A stretch of 62,864 bases of DNA. Origin: a virus. Lineage: Duplodnaviria; Caudoviricetes. The stretch spans positions 1-62,864 of the IMG/VR virus record IMGVR_UViG_3300032327_001079; one strand, written 5' to 3'. A program made the position numbers and the translations under genes. The notes beneath the pieces are model-generated. The model was not told the origin of the DNA. It saw only the letters and a program-made list of their open reading frames with translations, and searched no databases. Shown here piece by piece: positions 30,817 to 37,084 of this stretch. Within the stretch, counting starts at the first letter, position 1. The number at the start of each line of letters is the position of its first letter.

Positions 30817-31631
30817 AAATATCACATGAAGTACCTTTATGCTTTTTAAAGGAAAGTTTAGAATGGAATGACTACCAATATATACTTCCACACCTAATAG
30901 ACCAATATCCTCAGTATAAAACTCATATGATGGGATATAGGCAAAAGCTTAATTCATTTATAATTTGTGATAATGGATTATTTGAAGGAATAGATCATAC
31001 AATTGAAGATTTACTTGAAAAAATCTACCTAATACATCCAAATATCTTTATCGTTCCTGACGCTTGGAATGATTCAATATCAACTATTAGAAGTGCAAAA
31101 CACTGGATGATAAACTACGGTAATAAATTAAAAGAAATTGATGTTAATTTAATGGCGGTATGTCAAGGTAAAACTCTAGGTGAATTAATAACCACATATC
31201 AAACATTAGTTGATTTAGGCTACAAACACATAGCATTTAATCACTCCAGTATTGCTTACCAAGAAGAATTTGGTGGTGAATATGGACTATCACCATTAAA
31301 AGCTCAAATGTATGGTAGAATGGAGTTTATTAGATGTTTAGTAGCAAATAATACTATTAGAGATACATACTATCATCATCTACTTGGTTGCTCCTTACCT
31401 CAGGAATTTATGGTTTATGATGATTGGAAGTTTATTAAATCAGTTGATACATCTAATCCTATTCTAGTAGGAGCTGAAGGAGTAAGATACACTGATAGTG
31501 GGGTAAATTTTAAACCTAAAGAAAAACTCGCCCATTATTTTGAAAAGGATTTGAGCGGTCAAAAAGAAGATATTATCTTCAATGTAAACAAATTTAAAAG
31601 TTATGTCAGAAAAAATGTTATCACTGTATGA
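30813..31631 (+). CDS. dpdA: TGT/DpdA-like TIM-barrel transglycosylase (putative DNA 7-deazaguanine insertase)
   Basis: ICDNG, VPD, MAVCQG, HHLLG, SVDTSNP motifs in TGT-like order; embedded among que genes. Confidence 0.6.
   Translation: MKISHEVPLCFLKESLEWNDYQYILPHLIDQYPQYKTHMMGYRQKLNSFIICDNGLFEGIDHTIEDLLEKIYLIHPNIFIVPDAWNDSISTIRSAKHWMINYGNKLKEIDVNLMAVCQGKTLGELITTYQTLVDLGYKHIAFNHSSIAYQEEFGGEYGLSPLKAQMYGRMEFIRCLVANNTIRDTYYHHLLGCSLPQEFMVYDDWKFIKSVDTSNPILVGAEGVRYTDSGVNFKPKEKLAHYFEKDLSGQKEDIIFNVNKFKSYVRKNVITV
31550..31581 (+). promoter_or_regulatory. Bacteroidota-type -33/-7 promoter
   Basis: TTTG-N20-TATCTTCA. Confidence 0.45.
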
Positions 31632-31845
31632 TTATTTAGGTAAAGCAGCTGGTTCTGTTCTTGGAAAGCAAGTAGCAGAGTGTGCTGCAAAGAAAAAAGT
31701 AAAACATGAGACCCGCTTTGTATCAAATTCTAAGTATACAGGGGAAATAATGTTGTATCCTGAGACATTTTTAAAAAAATATTTTGGTAAAATATCGCTT
31801 GAACGGAAGGTAAGCGAATTACAAAACAATACTCTTCCATTTTAA
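31603..31845 (+). CDS. Hypothetical phage protein
   Basis: SLYDYLGKAAG...Y.GEIMLYP. Confidence 0.65.
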   Translation: MSEKMLSLYDYLGKAAGSVLGKQVAECAAKKKVKHETRFVSNSKYTGEIMLYPETFLKKYFGKISLERKVSELQNNTLPF

Positions 31846-31856
31846 TCTAAATAAGA

Positions 31857-32747
31857 ATGAGAAAACAAGCAGTACTATCGCTATCAGGTGGAATGGATTC
31901 ATCAACATTACTTCTCCACCTCTTAGCAAACGATTACGACGTAACAGCTTTAGGTTTTGATTACGGTCAAAAACATAAAGTAGAATTAGAACGAGCACAA
32001 TCACTAGTTGCTTATGTAAATGAAAAAAATTGTGGTTGTGGTGGTAAACCAATTTATGGCAATGTAACTCACCAAATTATTAAGTTAGATGGATTATCTC
32101 AACTACTCAATTCATCACTTGTTGAAGGTGGTGATGACGTTCCTGAAGGGCATTACGAACAAGACAATATGAAAGATACTGTTGTTCCTAATCGTAATAA
32201 GATTTTTGCTTCTATTATTCAAGCAGTAGCACTATCAATCGCTACTAAACCTATTACCGACGATTGTAGTGTAGGTCAAGAAGTAGCTATTGCAATGGGA
32301 ATTCATGCTGGTGATCATGCTATTTATCCTGATTGCAGACAAGAATTTAGAGATGCTGATTTTGAAGCATTTAGGATTGGTAACTGGGATTCTAATTTAA
32401 TATCAATTTATACTCCTTATCTTGAAGTGGATAAATTTGATATTTTAAAAGATGGAGAGCTAGCTTGTCAAAAACTTGGTCTTAACTTTGATGAAGTTTA
32501 TAAACGTACAAATACAAGTTATAAGCCAATTTGGATTTCAAGTTCATTTGATAATGAAGGAAATGTAACAGAATTTGGAGGGTGGTACTCTGATTATAAA
32601 TCAGCAGCATCAGTAGAGCGTATTGAAGCATTTATTAAATTAGGACGTCCTGATCCTGTAGCTTATGCTGATTTAGAAAATGGACCAGTAAGTTGGGAAA
32701 CAGCTCGTGATCATGTTTTAAAAGTTCTAGAAGAACATAATAAATAA
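31857..32747 (+). CDS. queC: 7-cyano-7-deazaguanine synthase (QueC), variant lacking the C-terminal Cys cluster
   Basis: SLSGGMDS PP-loop, DYGQKH, TVVPNRN, HAGDHAIYPDCR. Confidence 0.92.
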   Translation: MRKQAVLSLSGGMDSSTLLLHLLANDYDVTALGFDYGQKHKVELERAQSLVAYVNEKNCGCGGKPIYGNVTHQIIKLDGLSQLLNSSLVEGGDDVPEGHYEQDNMKDTVVPNRNKIFASIIQAVALSIATKPITDDCSVGQEVAIAMGIHAGDHAIYPDCRQEFRDADFEAFRIGNWDSNLISIYTPYLEVDKFDILKDGELACQKLGLNFDEVYKRTNTSYKPIWISSSFDNEGNVTEFGGWYSDYKSAASVERIEAFIKLGRPDPVAYADLENGPVSWETARDHVLKVLEEHNK

Positions 32748-32748
32748 T

Positions 32749-32798
32749 TTATATTTTGGTCCGGTTTTAATATATTTATTACCGGACCCAAAATATAA
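32749..32798 (+). promoter_or_regulatory. 17-bp hairpin enclosing an ATATTTAT box and covering the HNH translation start region
   Basis: TTATATTTTGGTCCGGT (32749-65) pairs with ACCGGACCCAAAATATAA (32781-98), one bulge; ATG at 32802. Confidence 0.7.
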
Positions 32799-32801
32799 TA
32801 T

Positions 32802-33233
32802 ATGGAAACTAAAATATGTTCTAGCTGTAGTGAAGTTAAATTTATAAATGAGTTTTATAAAGGTGGAGGTAAATGCAAAATATGCCAACACGCCTACAAT
32901 AAAATTCATAATGAAAAAAATAAAGATAAGTATAGGAAATATCAACGCAAAGCAAACAAAAAATCCTATGATAGGGGACAAGAGTTTATAAATAAACATC
33001 GTGCTTTGTGTGGGTGTCAAAAATGTGGAGATAAAAGATATTGGGTTATAGATTACCATCATTTAGATCCTAGTGAAAAAGATAATCCTATTACTTACTA
33101 TAAGACATCTACATTAGATGTTTTAAAAAAAGAAATAAAAAAATGTATTCCGTTATGTAGAAACTGTCATACTGATTTTCACTATCAAGAAAAACAAAGT
33201 AGGATTAGCATAGAAGAATATTTAAATTTGTAA
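32802..33233 (+). CDS. HNH endonuclease (homing-type)
   Basis: CxxC...CxxC, CQKCG...DYHHLDP..K, C..LCRNCH. Confidence 0.85.
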   Translation: METKICSSCSEVKFINEFYKGGGKCKICQHAYNKIHNEKNKDKYRKYQRKANKKSYDRGQEFINKHRALCGCQKCGDKRYWVIDYHHLDPSEKDNPITYYKTSTLDVLKKEIKKCIPLCRNCHTDFHYQEKQSRISIEEYLNL

Positions 33234-33252
33234 ATAATAAACAATTATAGTT

Positions 33253-33483
33253 ATGAGTTATCAAACAAGAGTTCGTGCTAATTACATGAACAAAACAGCA
33301 AAGTTAGCTTTTTTTAAAGCTCGCAAACGCACAGGCGACACAACCCGCATTGCAGAAGAAACCGGTTATTCAGTTAGCCATATTTCTAACATGACAAGCG
33401 GTACCCGTCGAGTAACAAATCCCGTTGCAAACGCAATGTATATGTTAACTCGTCGTCGCACTAAGAACAGTGAATTAGCTTAA
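33253..33483 (+). CDS. Small basic helix-turn-helix protein
   Basis: TTRIAEETGYSVSHISNMTSGTR (Cro/XRE-like HTH). Confidence 0.7.
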   Translation: MSYQTRVRANYMNKTAKLAFFKARKRTGDTTRIAEETGYSVSHISNMTSGTRRVTNPVANAMYMLTRRRTKNSELA

Positions 33484-33494
33484 TTTCACACCCT

Positions 33495-33530
33495 AATGTC
33501 CCTCTACTTTTCGGTAGGGGGACATTTTAA
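33495..33530 (+). terminator. Rho-independent terminator
   Basis: AATGTCCCTCTAC-TTTTCG-GTAGGGGGACATT followed by T-rich tract. Confidence 0.8.
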
Positions 33531-33538
33531 TTTTAATT

Positions 33539-33670
33539 ATGATACATATTATAGAACATACATTAGGATTATGTGGTGAAAAACACATTAGTCTTATTGC
33601 AGTTGCTGAGTGGCAAAATTTAGTCTATATATTTAATTACATAAAAACATGGAGGATTTACAACCAATGA
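33539..33670 (+). CDS. Small hypothetical protein (43 aa; not in ORF track)
   Basis: MIHIIEHTLGLCGEKHISLI...; its TGA overlaps the ATG at 33667. Confidence 0.5.
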   Translation: MIHIIEHTLGLCGEKHISLIAVAEWQNLVYIFNYIKTWRIYNQ

Positions 33671-33897
33671 AATGTCTTAGAAATTTAAAAACAGGAAACA
33701 TTATTAGGGTAACAGAAAAACAGGCTGACCAAATGATAGGTAAAGAGTGGCAGTATACCTCCAAAGTAGAGTGGAAAACGGCTACGCGCATACCAGAACC
33801 AATAGTTCAGGCTGCAAAAACTATTTCTGATAGTGTTATTAGAGGTCATCAAGGAGAAACAATTTCAGAAAAACAATTAAAACGTAAGAAAAAATGA
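33667..33897 (+). CDS. Hypothetical basic protein
   Basis: MKCLRNLKTGNIIRV...; start moved from 33649 to the ATGA-coupled ATG. Confidence 0.6.
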   Translation: MKCLRNLKTGNIIRVTEKQADQMIGKEWQYTSKVEWKTATRIPEPIVQAAKTISDSVIRGHQGETISEKQLKRKKK

Positions 33898-34754
33898 GTA
33901 AAATAGATTCAAATAAATTATTAATAAGTTCTGATTTCTACTCTGTCCAAGGTGAGGGTATCTCATCAGGAGTACCCTCTTACTTTGTTCGTTTAGGTAT
34001 TTGTAATTTGACTTGTGGTATGAGTAGAGCATTTGCTAATAATCTCCTTAAAGAAGCATCACTAGAAGATGGTGAAATATTCATAGGTGATCTTCAAGCT
34101 GAGGGTAAAGCAACTTGGACTTGTGATTCTACATCTCAATGGCTATGGAGAGGTGAAGATAAAGAATTCCAATATTTGATTGATAGATGGAAAGAACAGG
34201 GTGTATATGATGATATTAGAAATGGTACTATTCATATTATATGGACTGGTGGTGAACCTACTATTAAAGGACATCAACAATCAATTGTTAATTTCCGTAA
34301 GTATTGGTATGATCAAGAAAAGAAAACATTGAGAGAAGTTGGATATATAAGTGACTTTATGCCGTATGATGAAATAGAAACAAATGGTACAATTAAAATT
34401 GATGACGAGCTATTCACTATACTTGATCAAATCAATTGCTCGCCTAAGTTATCTAATTCAGGCCTAGAAGCAAAGCAACGTATAAACGAAGCTGCTATTA
34501 GACGTGTAATGCAACATAAAAATTATCAATTTAAATTTGTAATCAGCAATGAAGAAGATGTTAAAGAATTATTCCGTGACTTTGTCGTACCATTTAGCAT
34601 ACCTCTTACCAACGTGGTTTGTATGCCCGGACTAGATGATGTAGCTAATTTTGAAGAACGTACACAATTTGTACTTGAAATGGCTAAAAAATACAGATTT
34701 AGAGGATTAACACGTTTGCATATTGCCGCTTGGAATAAAACATTAAATGTATAA
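33894..34754 (+). CDS. queE: 7-carboxy-7-deazaguanine synthase (QueE, radical SAM)
   Basis: FYSVQGEG, FVRL..CNL.C...CDS, TGGEP, IETNGT, SPKL, KFV. Confidence 0.88.
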   Translation: MSKIDSNKLLISSDFYSVQGEGISSGVPSYFVRLGICNLTCGMSRAFANNLLKEASLEDGEIFIGDLQAEGKATWTCDSTSQWLWRGEDKEFQYLIDRWKEQGVYDDIRNGTIHIIWTGGEPTIKGHQQSIVNFRKYWYDQEKKTLREVGYISDFMPYDEIETNGTIKIDDELFTILDQINCSPKLSNSGLEAKQRINEAAIRRVMQHKNYQFKFVISNEEDVKELFRDFVVPFSIPLTNVVCMPGLDDVANFEERTQFVLEMAKKYRFRGLTRLHIAAWNKTLNV

Positions 34755-34755
34755 T

Positions 34756-34878
34756 ATGGAAAATAATACTGAAGAACCAATTACTATTTGTATTCCTGTT
34801 GCTTTAATATGTGATATTTCTAATGATATTGAATTAGGAGAAAAAGTTAGACAACTTTATTGGGAAAGTAAAAAATAA
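34756..34878 (+). CDS. Small hypothetical protein (40 aa; not in ORF track)
   Basis: MENNTEEPITICIP...NDIELGEKVRQLYW. Confidence 0.45.
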   Translation: MENNTEEPITICIPVALICDISNDIELGEKVRQLYWESKK

Positions 34879-34904
34879 TTATTATCTTTATTAAAATAAA
34901 TAAC

Positions 34905-35153
34905 ATGAGAGATTACGAAAGAAAAACAGAACCAGTACCAGTAGACCAACCACACGAATACAGACCAAGTAACCAAGAAGTATTGCAAGAGTATGAAATA
35001 AGACTACAGTTTCTTAGTCTTGGATGTGTTGTGCATGTAGGATGTAAAGCTATAGCATTTGAATCAATAGAATCGGCTATGACAGAACTAAATGAATATG
35101 TAAACAATACATATGAAACTCAAAAGAAATGGAGAAAGATATTATCTAGCTAA
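34905..35153 (+). CDS. Hypothetical protein
   Basis: 82 aa; GCVVHVGCKAIAF. Confidence 0.6.
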   Translation: MRDYERKTEPVPVDQPHEYRPSNQEVLQEYEIRLQFLSLGCVVHVGCKAIAFESIESAMTELNEYVNNTYETQKKWRKILSS

Positions 35154-35176
35154 CCATAAAACAAATAAATAAAAAT

Positions 35177-35809
35177 ATGGAATTACTAAAAAAATCGAAC
35201 GGTAATTTGCCTCGTACAGAAGAGGAAATAGAATATATGATACTTAAAGCATCTGAGGCGTATGCCGATTTTCTTAATGCTGTGGGTTTTGATTATAAGG
35301 CAGACAGACAAACAGAAGATACACCTCGTCGTGTGGCTAAAGCATGGCTTAAAGATCTTATTGTAGGTTCAATTACAGATGAACCTAATATTACAGTATT
35401 TCCTAACGATGAACATTATGACGGATTAGTAATCCAATCAGGTATCCCTATCGTTAGTATGTGTGCTCACCATAATTTAGCATTTACAGGTTATGCTACT
35501 GTAGCATATGTTCCTGCTGAAAATGTTATTGGATTAAGTAAATTGAATCGTATTGTTGAATGGTTTTCTCGTAGACCACAAATGCAAGAATCACTCACAC
35601 AGCAAATTCATGATTATATTGCTGATAAAATGTCTTGTAATAATGTAGCTGTGAGTATTGCTTGTAAACACACTTGTTGCTCACATAGAGGTATTAAACA
35701 TCCATCTGTAATGACTACAAATAAGTTTAGTGGTTTGTTTATGGAAAAGGATAATTTAATTCGTGAGGAATTCCTTCACGCAATTGAAGTAAATGGTACT
35801 AAATTCTAA
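35177..35809 (+). CDS. folE: GTP cyclohydrolase I (FolE)
   Basis: TPRRVAK, SMCAHH, GLSKLNR, RRPQMQE, H.C...RG. Confidence 0.93.
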   Translation: MELLKKSNGNLPRTEEEIEYMILKASEAYADFLNAVGFDYKADRQTEDTPRRVAKAWLKDLIVGSITDEPNITVFPNDEHYDGLVIQSGIPIVSMCAHHNLAFTGYATVAYVPAENVIGLSKLNRIVEWFSRRPQMQESLTQQIHDYIADKMSCNNVAVSIACKHTCCSHRGIKHPSVMTTNKFSGLFMEKDNLIREEFLHAIEVNGTKF

Positions 35810-35811
35810 TA

Positions 35812-36225
35812 ATGGAAAAAATATACTTAAGCTGGGATGAGATTGAAGATGCTATTGAAAGTCTAGCACACCAAATTAAACAAAGTGGTAAAAAAATAGG
35901 TTCAATGGATGGTCTTGCACGTGGAGGTCTCATTCCAGCAGTAATGTTATCTCATAAATTGGGAATACCATTTATGAATGAAAATAATAATGATGAAGGA
36001 TATATTTTAATTGTAGATGATATTTGTGATACTGGAGAAACATTAGAGTATTATGACATACACGACTATATTTTAACAGCAACTATTCATCATAAACAAA
36101 CAGCAATAGTTAAACCTGATTTCTATTATAGTTTAGCCCCTCAAGATAAATGGATAGTATATCCTTGGGAACAAAAAGATTCAAAAACAATTCAAGATTA
36201 TAAAGATGCAACAAAAGGAGAGTAA
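35812..36225 (+). CDS. Purine (xanthine/guanine-type) phosphoribosyltransferase
   Basis: GLARGG, PRPP-binding LIVDDICDTGETL, WIVYPWE. Confidence 0.85.
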   Translation: MEKIYLSWDEIEDAIESLAHQIKQSGKKIGSMDGLARGGLIPAVMLSHKLGIPFMNENNNDEGYILIVDDICDTGETLEYYDIHDYILTATIHHKQTAIVKPDFYYSLAPQDKWIVYPWEQKDSKTIQDYKDATKGE

Positions 36226-36376
36226 AACAAATTGGCATTTTAATGTTAGTATGGTTAAATCAATAACTAGAATATTTGCTGCAATAGCACTACTATTTGC
36301 TGATCAGTGGTATTTTAATGCTGCCGGAGGGTTATTGATTGGAGCTGAAATACTTGGAATAATAGAAGAATTTTAA
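36206..36376 (+). CDS. Small membrane protein (56 aa; not in ORF track)
   Basis: MQQKESKTNWHFNVSMVKSITRI...AGGLLIGAEILGIIEEF. Confidence 0.6.
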   Translation: MQQKESKTNWHFNVSMVKSITRIFAAIALLFADQWYFNAAGGLLIGAEILGIIEEF

Positions 36377-36379
36377 AAA

Positions 36380-36400
36380 AAGCCCTCATATAGAGGGCTT
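36380..36400. terminator. Hairpin / possible terminator
   Basis: AAGCCCTC-ATATA-GAGGGCTT flanked by A runs. Confidence 0.5.
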
Positions 36401-36404
36401 AAAA

Positions 36405-36494
36405 GAGCATAGTACTAATTCTCCAATAAGTGAATGTTGTAGAGGAGTAAGAAAAACATATAAAGGATATATTTGGCAATATAAAGAAAAATAA
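36405..36494 (+). pseudogene. Remnant 3' end of a NUMOD1-containing homing endonuclease
   Basis: Translates EHSTNSPISECCRGVRKTYKGYIWQYKEK*, compare ISACCNGKQKTAYGFKWVFKD in 44545..45330; no start codon nearby. Confidence 0.7.
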
Positions 36495-36503
36495 TTAAAT
36501 TTA
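36472..36503 (+). promoter_or_regulatory. Bacteroidota-type -33/-7 promoter
   Basis: TTTG-N20-TAAATTTA. Confidence 0.5.
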
Positions 36504-36517
36504 AATAAAATAAAGTT

Positions 36518-37045
36518 ATGCTTAATTCATCTCAAATTTTAGATGAAGGATTACTCCTTCTAGAACACACAAAAGGAAAACCAGCTCAAGTTGGTTATGA
36601 TCTTAGTCTTAAAGCATTACAAAAAGTAGGCAATAGTATAGGTAATGGGATGTATGCTCAAGGTAATATAGGTAAAATATTAAAATATAAAACTGAACTT
36701 ACTACCTACACCCCTAAAGATACAATTCAATTAGATGGGGTTGAAGGATGGTTGCTACATCAGGGGGTGTATGATATTACATTTAATGAAGGATGTAATA
36801 TACCAGACAATCGAGTAGCATTTATTAAACAACGTTCATCTCTCTATCGCAATGGTGCTATAATTAACAGTCCTGTATTTGATCCCGGCTTTAAAACCGA
36901 TAATATGGGTACTTTACTTTATATATCCGAACCTATATTCATCGAGATTAATGCTCGAGTAGCACAAATCTACTTCCATGAATGCACCCCCGCAGACCTG
37001 TATGATGGGCAATGGCAAGATGATAAGCAGAGAAATTCATTATAA
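36518..37045 (+). CDS. dCTP deaminase / trimeric dUTPase family protein
   Basis: GYDL, QRSSL.R.G, DPGF, RVAQI, Y.GQWQ. Confidence 0.8.
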   Translation: MLNSSQILDEGLLLLEHTKGKPAQVGYDLSLKALQKVGNSIGNGMYAQGNIGKILKYKTELTTYTPKDTIQLDGVEGWLLHQGVYDITFNEGCNIPDNRVAFIKQRSSLYRNGAIINSPVFDPGFKTDNMGTLLYISEPIFIEINARVAQIYFHECTPADLYDGQWQDDKQRNSL

Positions 37046-37051
37046 ATAAAA

Positions 37052-37069
37052 GGGGGTGTCAAAACCCCC
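37052..37069. terminator. GC-rich hairpin before polB
   Basis: GGGGGT-GTCAAA-ACCCCC. Confidence 0.45.
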
Positions 37070-37084
37070 ATCTTACATTTAAGT

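Noticed and set aside
30189-35809. folE/queD as folate or tRNA-queuosine auxiliary metabolism
   Set aside because: No folB/K/P, queF, queA or queG; the linked DpdA-like ORF favours DNA modification, though not proven
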